This document shows positions 30,477 through 39,049 of a DNA stretch of 64,000 nucleotides, one piece after another (positions within the stretch are counted from its first letter, which is position 1; each line of letters begins with the position of its first letter). This DNA is from Candidatus Daviesbacteria bacterium (GTDB lineage Bacteria; Patescibacteriota; Microgenomatia; Daviesbacterales; UBA10151), in assembly GCA_016187025.1 (NCBI GenBank), contig JACPKM010000004.1:35212-99211 (forward strand), written 5' to 3'. A program made the translations under genes and the position numbers. Below the pieces are notes generated by a model, which was given only the letters and a program-made list of their open reading frames with translations, was not told where the DNA came from and searched no databases.

Positions 30477-31395
30477 GATTACTTTTTACACTGAAAGGTA
30501 AGCCTGAATTAGCTGGTAAATTGGCATAATCGTAAGGCGAGAAGGTAAGGTGTAGAGTATCGGCCGGGTTATTTTTTTGCTCCATAGCTTCATAATAAAG
30601 CACGTGAGGAGCTTTGAGCCCCCGCCAAACTAAAGTGTCTGCTACAGTGTGGCAAACTGCAGTTTTTGCAAAAGCTGTTAAAGCGGCAGCGTTGATTGGC
30701 TGTTGAGGTTTTAATTGAAAAACAGCCGAAACATCGATAAGGCCTCCGCATAAAGTTTCAAGTAGCTCCCTGCCGGCGATCTGCTCTGATTTGGTAAACA
30801 TATGATCATATATTCCTGCTTGGGCTTCCTGAGCCGAGGGGACGGGTATGTACAACCAATAAGAGTCTTGGGTTCTATATAGTAAAGTAGGCCTGATTCT
30901 TTGCACCCAGGGAGGTGGGGTAAGGTTAGTTGGTGTTAAGACCACAGCCAGCTCTTGCATATTCCTCTTGGGAAGCATGAATGCCGTAAAAACGCGGTTG
31001 TTAAAGTTACCTTGTAAATCAGGTGAACCTGCCCTAACTTGTGCTAGATACCCTAAGCTTTGTTCTATGCTTGAAGGGTTAACACCTAAGTTCTGATCAA
31101 AGTTGAACCATCTTAGATGAGTAGTTTGCACTCTTATCTCGCCTGATGAGTGTATAGAACCTGCTTGAGCAGGGTATATTTCAGAGATTCCCGGTTGTAA
31201 AGAGCGTGCTCGGGTATCTTTTGAAACAAGAGTTGGGGTAGGTTTTGAGGCAGGTTTTGGAGATTTTCCCGTATGTTGGTCTCCTGATACAGGAGTGCAG
31301 GCTAAAATAAGTGCAAGGCCAGCTGATCTCAGCAAAAGTGAGGCTGTTTGGACTATCTTTTCTTTGGGTGATGCTGAACGTTTTTCAATATACAT
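30460..31395 (-). CDS. putative lipoprotein, unknown function
   Basis: Possible lipobox (LALILAC) after a positively charged N-terminus. GC ~47%. Confidence 0.45.
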   Translation of the reverse strand: MYIEKRSASPKEKIVQTASLLLRSAGLALILACTPVSGDQHTGKSPKPASKPTPTLVSKDTRARSLQPGISEIYPAQAGSIHSSGEIRVQTTHLRWFNFDQNLGVNPSSIEQSLGYLAQVRAGSPDLQGNFNNRVFTAFMLPKRNMQELAVVLTPTNLTPPPWVQRIRPTLLYRTQDSYWLYIPVPSAQEAQAGIYDHMFTKSEQIAGRELLETLCGGLIDVSAVFQLKPQQPINAAALTAFAKTAVCHTVADTLVWRGLKAPHVLYYEAMEQKNNPADTLHLTFSPYDYANLPANSGLPFSVKSNPKSLL

Positions 31396-31456
31396 GAAGA
31401 AAATATTCTAACAGAAAGCATAAAATTAATCAACTATAGGGTGTAAATATAGTTAT

Positions 31457-33094
31457 TTAATTCGGGGTTTGAAGCTGCCTAATCTGCTCTTGTAACCACA
31501 CAATCTGCTCTGCTATGTCAGAGGGAGGAAGGGGAACATCAACCTCTCCTTCAGCAGAAGATGTTAGCTGTTCTACTAGTCTTTGGTTTGCCCAGGCTGC
31601 ATTTTTGTCCATCCAATCAGCCGTAAAACCTCTTAGCTCTTTCAAGACCTCCCTTGTTGCAGGCATAATTTTTACCCCTTTTTTGGCAAACTGCTCAGAT
31701 GCTTTATCTGAGATATCCCATACAAGCTCTTCAAAAGGTTTTCCAGCCCTAGCTTCTACTAGAGATGATAAGTCTCGGCGGTTTTGCGTTGGCAATATCA
31801 TTAGTAAAGCTCTAATTTGTTGATCTAATACCTGATGTTGCGCAGGATAATGCTCTTTTAAAACTGCCCATATACCTGTTGCAAAACTATTGCTCCCTTC
31901 CATTACATCTAGAAGGTTACTGAGCATCCCTATGTGGTTATCAGCCAATGGAGCTGTGACAGTGTCAATAACTTGAGCCCTAGTTAGTATCTTTTCTAAA
32001 TATAGCGCTAATATTTCAGGGCTGGGGGTAGTTTCCTGTCTGTCTGCAAAAACCTGGATATGGTTTCTTCTGTTGCGGTCCGGGTGTATCTTCCTTCTTT
32101 CCAGCTCTTCTACCAGCTGATCACCTTCAGCTTTTAACTTAAGGATTGTTTGTGGATCAAGGGGGATGGGATGGTATTCTCCGGTAGCTTCTAAAAAGAT
32201 AACTAGGTTTAAAAACGAGTCAATAGGTGCAGGAAATGCTTGTCTTCTTCCTTCTTCAATTGCTGCAATAGTCTTGAGCAGAGCCTGCTTATTTAACCCT
32301 ACCAGGTCATTAAACTCTAAAGTTCTACACTTCAGTGCCTGTCCAATTACTTCTAGCTCATGCTCATCTTTGTCCCATTCAGCTTTGACTATATCATCAT
32401 CTGGAGCCTGGCCCGATTCTTCCGCTTCTTTAAACCATACCGGTTTATTTTCCAAACTGGTAGTTGGAGGATCATTTCGGTTGTACTGAAACAGTCTTGA
32501 AAAATACACATGCTTCACTGCCCAAAACCGCCAATCCTCCATGCCAAATCCTTTAGTGGTAAAACATGCAGGGGGATTATCAAGTACGTTTCTAAATACG
32601 CTATCAAGGCCAAATTTTCTAGCCAGTGGTCCAACTGCCAGATCTCCTAACGCTTCGGCTTTTCTGGTTCTGAGAAGCTCTGTAAACGTAGTAGGTGTAG
32701 CGGGAGAGTTTAAGAGGCAGTTAACAATAAAAGCTTTCTGGAAAAAAGCAAAAGCTTCTTGGTTTGATCCGCCTCTTGATATGATCTCATTCAGAATTTG
32801 GGCGTAAGCTGCAGAGGCGGTAATACGCTCGCTGATCTGTTTTCTTTGTCCACTCAGTGATTCTTTTTGAGCTTTAACTTGTTCTCCTAGCCCATGTATT
32901 TGGTTATCAAAAACATGAGTATAAAGGTCATCTATACCGTCAAACTCCCGACTAAACCTGCTTGCAGCAGCAACCTGCACCCTAGCATTTCTAAGGGTGT
33001 CTCCACTAAAGCGAAATAAACTTAATCGGGTAGGTTGGTCTGGACCCACCCTTGCTCGTGTTAATTCTTCTTCAGCAATAGCCATGGGTAGCAA
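31457..33094 (-). CDS. hypothetical cytoplasmic protein (545 aa), unknown function
   Basis: Long ORF with no TM or signal peptide and GC ~45-48% against ~38-40% locally. I recognise no motifs. Confidence 0.5.
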   Translation of the reverse strand: MLPMAIAEEELTRARVGPDQPTRLSLFRFSGDTLRNARVQVAAASRFSREFDGIDDLYTHVFDNQIHGLGEQVKAQKESLSGQRKQISERITASAAYAQILNEIISRGGSNQEAFAFFQKAFIVNCLLNSPATPTTFTELLRTRKAEALGDLAVGPLARKFGLDSVFRNVLDNPPACFTTKGFGMEDWRFWAVKHVYFSRLFQYNRNDPPTTSLENKPVWFKEAEESGQAPDDDIVKAEWDKDEHELEVIGQALKCRTLEFNDLVGLNKQALLKTIAAIEEGRRQAFPAPIDSFLNLVIFLEATGEYHPIPLDPQTILKLKAEGDQLVEELERRKIHPDRNRRNHIQVFADRQETTPSPEILALYLEKILTRAQVIDTVTAPLADNHIGMLSNLLDVMEGSNSFATGIWAVLKEHYPAQHQVLDQQIRALLMILPTQNRRDLSSLVEARAGKPFEELVWDISDKASEQFAKKGVKIMPATREVLKELRGFTADWMDKNAAWANQRLVEQLTSSAEGEVDVPLPPSDIAEQIVWLQEQIRQLQTPN

Positions 33095-33313
33095 TTATAC
33101 AGATACAAGAGGCTAAAAGCAAAAATTAGGGGTAGCACTTTGTAAGACAAATTGGTAGGATTAAGTTGAGAGATACAAGAGAATAAGCTGAGGATTTACT
33201 ATGGCAGGTGTAACTATCCCAAGGTTGAGTAGAAAAGATATAAGGGTGGGGAACATCCCCAGAATTTATGTGAGAAAATACCCTAACTCCATGTATTACA
33301 CCTAACATTGAGT

Positions 33314-33387
33314 TGGCAGGCCTGCAGGGATTCGAACCCCGAAAAACGGTTTTGGAGACCGTTGTGATACCATTTCACCACAGGCCT
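33314..33387 (-). tRNA. tRNA-Trp (anticodon CCA), CCA 3' end encoded
   Basis: Reverse complement folds as a cloverleaf. Acceptor AGGCCTG/CAGGCCT (7 bp), D-stem GTGA/TCAC, anticodon stem ACGGT/ACCGT with loop CTCCAAA, T-arm CGGGG-TTCGAAT-CCCTG, discriminator G, then CCA. Confidence 0.85.
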
Positions 33388-33406
33388 AATTAAGATAACT
33401 TGGTAA

Positions 33407-33435
33407 ATTGTACGCGAAAAGGTTGATAGATTCAA
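33407..33435 (-). promoter_or_regulatory. candidate promoter for tRNA-Trp
   Basis: On the minus strand TTGAAT (33435-33430), a 17-nt spacer, then TACAAT (33412-33407), about 19 nt upstream of the mature tRNA 5' end. Confidence 0.35.
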
Positions 33436-33589
33436 CGAGACAAGAAATTTTATATCTTGGCCTCGTTGTGAGAAGTCTGCTTTCTGCAGTGTTGACAAAA
33501 TTTACTCAAAGCAAGTTTATCTTTTGTATTTATCACGTTTTTCTCAGTAGTGTAATTTTTGATTTTACAAACTGAACACTGTAATCCTG

Positions 33590-34543
33590 TTAAGATCCGG
33601 TTTCCTTTTTTTGCCACGGAAGTGATTTTACATTATTATGGACAACTTTTGCAACCGTCTCCAAATGAGCAAATTTTTTTACCATCCAGTTTGAGTATGT
33701 AAACTTATAAAGTACTAGAGTCATAAAGAAAAAAACAGTTGCATAAACAGCTCCTATTAATACATCAACTGCATAATGTTCCCCAAGATAAACTATAGAG
33801 AGCCACACTCCTGCTACATAAGGGCTAAACCATAAGGCTCTAATACCAAAAAAATAAAGGGATAGAAGTAGTACCAGTAATGGATATGCTGCATGCAAAG
33901 AAGGTATAGCTGCCACAGGATTAGGATTAAACTGATGATAGATAGTAGGTAAATGAAACTTGTCAGGAAAAAGGTTAGTGGATTTATCCATAATTTTATA
34001 AACCTTTGGCAGCAGATTTTCATTGCTTGCCATCCAAGGAGGAGCAGCTGGATAGGATAAATATGTTACCCACCCTGCATATGAAAGCAGCAGTATTGCC
34101 ACAGTAAATTTTTTAAAGTGCGCCCGGTTATAAATCCAGAGAATATATCCAAAAGCCAAAGGCAGGGCAAAATGGAGAAAGTAAAAAACAGTAGCAACAA
34201 AATCAAGAAAACCTAATTTATCAGGATTATAAAACATAGCTTGTAATGTCAAAGTTGGTACTTGCCCAAAGAGCCATTTATCAGCCTCAATTAATTCATT
34301 AATATGCACCCTTCCTGCTAAATTATCAGCAAAGCCCCGCAAGAAATCATAAGAAAGTAAAATAAATAAAAAGGGGAGCCAGTCAAACAAAAAAGCCCTG
34401 GTTTTTTTAATAAGGAGGCTTCCTAATAGTAGAACAAAAGCATATCTGTCTGGGGCAATACCAATTCCTTGCCAGATCATCAAAGCAGTCATTGCCAGAA
34501 TATATGCAATAAAAAGTGAAATATTAAATAATTTATGCTTCAT
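33590..34543 (-). CDS. PAP2-superfamily membrane protein (inositol-phosphotransferase/AUR1-like)
   Basis: Multi-TM protein with PSLHAAYP and YLGEHYAVDVLIGA motifs, matching the PAP2 signature. Confidence 0.6.
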   Translation of the reverse strand: MKHKLFNISLFIAYILAMTALMIWQGIGIAPDRYAFVLLLGSLLIKKTRAFLFDWLPFLFILLSYDFLRGFADNLAGRVHINELIEADKWLFGQVPTLTLQAMFYNPDKLGFLDFVATVFYFLHFALPLAFGYILWIYNRAHFKKFTVAILLLSYAGWVTYLSYPAAPPWMASNENLLPKVYKIMDKSTNLFPDKFHLPTIYHQFNPNPVAAIPSLHAAYPLLVLLLSLYFFGIRALWFSPYVAGVWLSIVYLGEHYAVDVLIGAVYATVFFFMTLVLYKFTYSNWMVKKFAHLETVAKVVHNNVKSLPWQKKETGS

Positions 34544-34719
34544 CTAGTGTATAAATTAAGTTTAACAAGAAGTTTGATTACTTTGCAACCTATTCTGAGC
34601 TCAATATAAGCTAAAAAGATTTTAGCACAAGGAGTTATTTTTTCTGACAGACTTCTTACTCTTTTTATCTCTATTTCTTGGAATATTCAGGAATAATGAA
34701 ACAAAGGGGGTGAGGATGT

Positions 34720-34947
34720 ATGCAAAATATCGCTGGGGCAATGGACCATCTGAAAAATCATCAGATGTATCCTGCTACTAAAGAGGAGTTGGTCAAAACC
34801 TGCAATGAGTTGTCAGATTTTTCCAAAGAAGACAAACAATGGTTTATGGAAAACCTTCCGGCAGGGACATATGAGTCCCCTGAAGAGGTTATGATGGCAC
34901 TGGGTTGGAGTAAGGATCAGATGAGTCAAGCCCAACCATCAATGTAA
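34720..34947 (+). CDS. DUF2795-like small protein
   Basis: 75 aa with the YPATKEELV...LPAGTYESPEEV pattern. Confidence 0.5.
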   Translation: MQNIAGAMDHLKNHQMYPATKEELVKTCNELSDFSKEDKQWFMENLPAGTYESPEEVMMALGWSKDQMSQAQPSM

Positions 34948-34971
34948 TAAACCAACCCACTCTTTCTTATG

Positions 34972-35043
34972 AGCCGAAGACGGGAATCGGACCCGTGACC
35001 CCGTTCTTACCAAGAACGTGCTCTACCACTGAGCCACTTCGGC
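34972..35043 (-). tRNA. tRNA-Thr (anticodon GGU), no encoded CCA; non-canonical T-loop UCCGAUU
   Basis: Reverse complement: acceptor GCCGAAG/CTTCGGC, D-arm GCTC-AGTGGTA-GAGC, anticodon stem CGTTC/GAACG with loop TTGGTAA, T-arm ACGGG-TCCGATT-CCCGT, discriminator T. Confidence 0.75.
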
Positions 35044-35122
35044 AAAAGTGCTCTTCCGGGGAGTCCACAGGACTCCCGTTCAACTGTCCGCTGGACACTT
35101 GAACCCACTGAGCCACTTCGGC
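35044..35122 (-). other. duplicated tRNA-Thr 5' fragment (18 nt identical) interrupted by two strong hairpins
   Basis: The minus strand reads GCCGAAGTGGCTCAGTGG, then a 12-bp hairpin (GTTCAAGTGTCC-agc-GGACAGTTGAAC), then an 8-bp hairpin (GGGAGTCC-tgtg-GACTCCCC), then GAAGAGCAC, TTTT, and the intact tRNA-Thr. ccactgagccacttcggca occurs at 35023-35043 and at 35104-35122. Confidence 0.4.
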
Positions 35123-35165
35123 ACATTGGTTATTTTAACAAACAAATATAAATCAATCTAGGGTA

Positions 35166-36074
35166 TTATTTGAGGGTTTGTCTGGATTTAAAGAAGAAAT
35201 ATCCTACTATAATAAATGTAGCAATAGGTGAGAGCCATTCTGGAATATCCAAACCAAAACTATGCATCACCATAACATACCCTAGAATCAAGATTGAATA
35301 CATTGCTCCATTTTTTAAATAAATATACTTTTTAATTCTTTCAATATTTCCAACGGTGATTTGGCGGACAACTACTGCTCCGATTCCGTTTCCAAGTAAA
35401 ATTAAAGGTACAGATAGAGTAAATGCAAATGCCCCCAAAACTCCATCTATGGAAAAAGTTGCATCAATTACTTCTAGATAAAAGATTTTACTCCAATCAG
35501 ATAGATTAGCTTTGATTAGTTTTTTCTCAGCTTGTTCTGCATTTTGCTTAAAACCATGAGTAATAAAAAATGCAGTAGATCCTACTACTGCTCCAAATGC
35601 CATTAAAGGATGATCTTGTATTGCAAACCAAACAATGATAGCCAGAATAACTGAAATAACTGCATAAAACCAAACGCCTTGAGAATGAAGAAACCTTTCA
35701 CCCTTGAGTCCATAATGTTTAGGTTCCATAAAAAGCCAGTGAAAAAACAGAAACAGTAAAAATACTCCACCTCCAACAAGTAAAATCGGCGCAGACTGCT
35801 CAATTGCATGAGCAACTTGAGGATCTGAAGAAAATGTGGCAGTAATTGTGCCAATAAGACCCAAAGATGGGTTTAGGCTAAACACTATTAAGAACGGCAA
35901 AACTCCCCGAATAAGAAAGACCGCTAAAAAAAGTCCCCATACCAAAAACCACCTTCTCATCTTTTGGCCCATGGTAGATAAGACTTCTGCATTGATAATA
36001 GCATTATCAACAGACGAGATAGTTTCAAATAAAACCAAGCCTGAAATTATAAGTAGTGCTGAGAAAATATCCAT
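35166..36074 (-). CDS. TerC/DUF475-family integral membrane protein
   Basis: ISSVDNAIINAEVL matches the TerC/DUF475 SxDNA motif, with multiple TM helices. The track ORF extends to 36143, but the upstream 23 codons overlap a tRNA gene, so the start is set at the internal Met (MDIFSALL). Confidence 0.55.
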   Translation of the reverse strand: MDIFSALLIISGLVLFETISSVDNAIINAEVLSTMGQKMRRWFLVWGLFLAVFLIRGVLPFLIVFSLNPSLGLIGTITATFSSDPQVAHAIEQSAPILLVGGGVFLLFLFFHWLFMEPKHYGLKGERFLHSQGVWFYAVISVILAIIVWFAIQDHPLMAFGAVVGSTAFFITHGFKQNAEQAEKKLIKANLSDWSKIFYLEVIDATFSIDGVLGAFAFTLSVPLILLGNGIGAVVVRQITVGNIERIKKYIYLKNGAMYSILILGYVMVMHSFGLDIPEWLSPIATFIIVGYFFFKSRQTLK

Positions 36075-36086
36075 AGTGTTATTATG

Positions 36087-36157
36087 AGCCTCCTGACAGA
36101 ATCGGACTGTCGTCGACGGTTTACAAAACCGCTGCTTTGCCACTAAGCTAAGGAGGC
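36087..36157 (-). tRNA. tRNA-Thr (anticodon UGU), no encoded CCA; same non-canonical T-loop UCCGAUU
   Basis: Reverse complement: acceptor GCCTCCT/AGGAGGC, D-arm GCTT-AGTGGCA-AAGC, anticodon stem GCGGT/ACCGT with loop TTTGTAA, T-arm GACAG-TCCGATT-CTGTC, discriminator T. Confidence 0.8.
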
Positions 36158-36625
36158 AAACTATGATATTTTACCAATTTTTAATGACTAATTTCTAGTG
36201 AAGGTGTTTTATCTTGGTTTGAGAGGGAGGTCGTAATGGATAATTCTGCAACGTGACTATATCTGCAGATAAAAAATACGTCAGAATTTGTCCAATAAAA
36301 AAATAATTTCTCCCTACGTAGCCGAGAGCAGAAAGATCTTCCCCCCGAAAAACCAAGTGGGAATCCTGCTCCACTCGGCATAAAAGCTTTGTGGAGACTC
36401 CAGATCGCCCTTCGGAAAACAAATAGTGGAGGAAAAATTCTTCGGCTGTAAACGAGCTAGGTAGGGATGTCCTTCGACTATGCTCAGGACCTTCCTTTAG
36501 GCCATCTACTGAAAACGTCCTAAGGATAAATAAATCATACCTTTTTTGAGGCTAAATTGTCAAGCTAAATGCCCCGCACAAAGGTTTACCTTTAGCCTCA
36601 CAGGACAATCCAAAAGGCATCTTGT

Positions 36626-37261
36626 TTAAAAGCCGAGTAGAGCAGAGAAGATCCCTATAAAAAAGCCTAAAACTGCATTCAAAAGAGAGGTTCCTCCAAC
36701 TGGAATAAAAAGTAACATCAGTAGTATCAAAAAGCCGTATGGCTCAATCTTTTGGTACTCTCTTGCTAAATTATATGGAAGCTGGCTTAGAAGTATTTTT
36801 GATCCATCCAGTGGTGGAATTGGGAATAAATTAAACACTCCTAAAACCAAATTAATTAGTACCATGAATCTCAAGGCCCTAAGAAGAAGTAATGGTGTTT
36901 CAGGAAATGTATTGAGAGTATGAAATAAAACTGCAGCTACTATTGCCAAAGAAAAATTTGCTAAAACTCCTGCAGCTGATACAAGCAATTCCCCTCTTCT
37001 AATATTAGAAAAGTTCAGTGGATTTACCGGGACTGGTTTTGCCCATCCAAACAGTATTGGAGAATTTGAAATAAAGAGCAGGGCAGGTAACAAAATTGTT
37101 CCAATAGGATCTACATGAGGTATTGGATTTAGGGTGAGCCTGCCGGCTCTTTCTGCAGTTCTATCACCAAATTTGAGTGCAACCACCCCGTGCATTACCT
37201 CGTGGATAATAACAGAAAAAAGTAATATTAATACTCTGATTGCTGCAAGCTCAGGATTCAT
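36626..37261 (-). CDS. site-2 protease family (peptidase M50) membrane metalloprotease
   Basis: HEVMHGVVA (HExxH) within the first TM, plus multiple TM helices. Confidence 0.8.
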   Translation of the reverse strand: MNPELAAIRVLILLFSVIIHEVMHGVVALKFGDRTAERAGRLTLNPIPHVDPIGTILLPALLFISNSPILFGWAKPVPVNPLNFSNIRRGELLVSAAGVLANFSLAIVAAVLFHTLNTFPETPLLLLRALRFMVLINLVLGVFNLFPIPPLDGSKILLSQLPYNLAREYQKIEPYGFLILLMLLFIPVGGTSLLNAVLGFFIGIFSALLGF

Positions 37262-37314
37262 TGAAATTTTAAATCTATCATGGTATAGTTTACCAACTTA
37301 GGAGAAAAAATACT

Positions 37315-37548
37315 ATGTTAATTTGTACCCGTTGCGGTAAAGGTAAAAATATTTTAGCTTATTCAAGACATAAGAAAGGTTCATCCGGCGCAGGAGGAAC
37401 TTGGGCTTTGCGTGCTCCAATTCACAAAAGAGTACAAAAACCCAACCTTCATATTTTTAAAGGTCAAAAATACTGTACCAAATGTTTAAGGACCGTTAAA
37501 ACCAAATTTACTCCTGCTCCACTAGAACAATCTACAGTTCAGGCTTAA
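37315..37548 (+). CDS. rpmB: 50S ribosomal protein L28 (with small Gly-rich insertion)
   Basis: CTRCGKGK...RHKKG...KR.QKPNLH...YCTKCLR resembles L28, which carries a conserved Cys, a PNL motif and a Cys-pair near the C-terminus. Confidence 0.6.
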   Translation: MLICTRCGKGKNILAYSRHKKGSSGAGGTWALRAPIHKRVQKPNLHIFKGQKYCTKCLRTVKTKFTPAPLEQSTVQA

Positions 37549-37606
37549 GCTTTCCAATTAATCCCTATCTTGGATTTCTTATAGTTATTTGATATAAATA
37601 CTGGAT

Positions 37607-38341
37607 ATGTCGCAAGGCGAACAGTTATCCAGATTGACTATTTTTGATCCTACAGTTAGAGCTGCAATAACAGAAGCCGAAAAAGTTATCAGGCAATCGC
37701 GTACAGGGAAGGGTAATTTATCGATTAATCCAGATTATGACTCCGCGCTTCCAATTAGCGGCAGGTTAGAAACTAGAGGTTTTGAAATATTTACTTTAAG
37801 TAGTGGTACTTTGAGAGAAACCTTAAGAGAATTTGGAGCCAAAGTGCGTTTTCAAGATTTAACTGAGGAAGGTATTATAGCTTTATTATCTTCCCATGGG
37901 TCTGGTAGTAGAGTGGCAATTTCCAGAAGTTTACCGCTTCTTCCTATAAGTCATGTTGCTTCATTAGGTGAGCAAGAACAAAGACTTAATAGTGGTGCAC
38001 ACTATCTTTTAGGGGTTGATAATAGGATTAAAGCATCTTTAAGACCTTGTGCTGATGTGATCCAAACTATTTTGATGTATGGTCAAGTACTGGGTAGATC
38101 TCCGTTTGATGTAATGGCACGTCTGTCTGAAGATGTCGGGCAAGAAGAATTTATAGCTGCGACTAATACTGCTGTTGAGTCTCAACTAGTACACGGAGGA
38201 AATCACGGTACTTCTTATGTTGTTTTAATAGGGACACAGGGTAAGAATTCCGGGGCAGATGTGCTATCTGTTAGGGTTAGAAATAGCCAGCGTGTCCCTA
38301 TAGGAACACGTCCGCCTTTGCTATTAGAAGTTATGCGCTAA
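37607..38341 (+). CDS. hypothetical protein (244 aa)
   Basis: ORF with coding-like composition and no recognisable motifs. Confidence 0.4.
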   Translation: MSQGEQLSRLTIFDPTVRAAITEAEKVIRQSRTGKGNLSINPDYDSALPISGRLETRGFEIFTLSSGTLRETLREFGAKVRFQDLTEEGIIALLSSHGSGSRVAISRSLPLLPISHVASLGEQEQRLNSGAHYLLGVDNRIKASLRPCADVIQTILMYGQVLGRSPFDVMARLSEDVGQEEFIAATNTAVESQLVHGGNHGTSYVVLIGTQGKNSGADVLSVRVRNSQRVPIGTRPPLLLEVMR

Positions 38342-39043
38342 TTCTTTTAGGGGAAAATCTGGATAGCCATTTAAAAAGTCTTTTAAGGATAAAATCTTTT
38401 TACCTTCCATCTGAATTTTTCCTTCCGGGTAGAATTTGACGATTTTGTTATTCCACTTAGTCCAAGTAGTCGGCCAGGGGTAATACGCCCTGATCATCCT
38501 GTTCAGGGTTTCTCCATCAGGAGGGGTAGTAATGTCAAAATACCCAGCTTCTTTAGTGATCAATTTACAATAATTGGCTTGGCTGTCATCTTGAGGGACT
38601 GGTTTGATTTTGCCGGCCATAAAATCTTCTATAACTTGGGGTAAAAATTCATTAGCTCTTAAAAACATTTTTTTACTCAAAGATTCAAAAGTATCTTGGT
38701 CTGACAATATAAACTCTTCTGCATAAATTATTGGTCCATGATCAACTTCTTGGTCTATTTTGATAATAGTGATCCCGGAAGTTTTGTCTCCATTGATAAT
38801 AGCTTCTTGGATGGGAGAAGGTCCTCGGTACTTGGGCAAAAGAGATGGATGCACATTAATACATCCAAATTTTGGAGCGTTTAACTGCTGAGTTGTTAAA
38901 ATCTTTCCATAAGCTGCTATCACTGCCAAGTTAGCCTCTGTTAGCTGATTAACTAAGTTAAAATAAGAAGCAAGTGTATCTTTAATTGGTTTTACGAAAT
39001 CTGGTGTGCCTAAAAAAGCAACTTTTAATTTTGAATTTTGCAT
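38324..39043 (-). CDS. fmt: methionyl-tRNA formyltransferase (short form)
   Basis: Formyltransferase N-domain motifs (NVHPSLLPKYRG, ITIIKIDQEVDHGPII). It sits downstream of def. Confidence 0.85.
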   Translation of the reverse strand: MQNSKLKVAFLGTPDFVKPIKDTLASYFNLVNQLTEANLAVIAAYGKILTTQQLNAPKFGCINVHPSLLPKYRGPSPIQEAIINGDKTSGITIIKIDQEVDHGPIIYAEEFILSDQDTFESLSKKMFLRANEFLPQVIEDFMAGKIKPVPQDDSQANYCKLITKEAGYFDITTPPDGETLNRMIRAYYPWPTTWTKWNNKIVKFYPEGKIQMEGKKILSLKDFLNGYPDFPLKELAHNF

Positions 39044-39049
39044 TTTGCT

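Noticed and set aside
33126-33498. Small ORFs (60 and 71 aa) overlapping tRNA-Trp and its promoter region
   Set aside because: They overlap a well-folding tRNA gene on the same strand and have no coding signal.
36181-36422. Short ORFs (66 and 75 aa) in the 470-nt gap
   Set aside because: They overlap each other, have no coding-like composition, and the region is better explained as non-coding.
36158-36625. Attempted assignment of the gap as RNase P RNA, tmRNA or SRP RNA
   Set aside because: I could not find the diagnostic blocks. These are GGAAAGUCCGG plus ACAGAA..GGCUUA for RNase P, the 5' GGGG with 3' T-arm and CCA plus the ..ALAA* tag reading frame for tmRNA, and GGAAGGAAGCAGC for SRP. 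Only a weak CR-I-like stretch is present on the minus strand. Left as an unclassified candidate.
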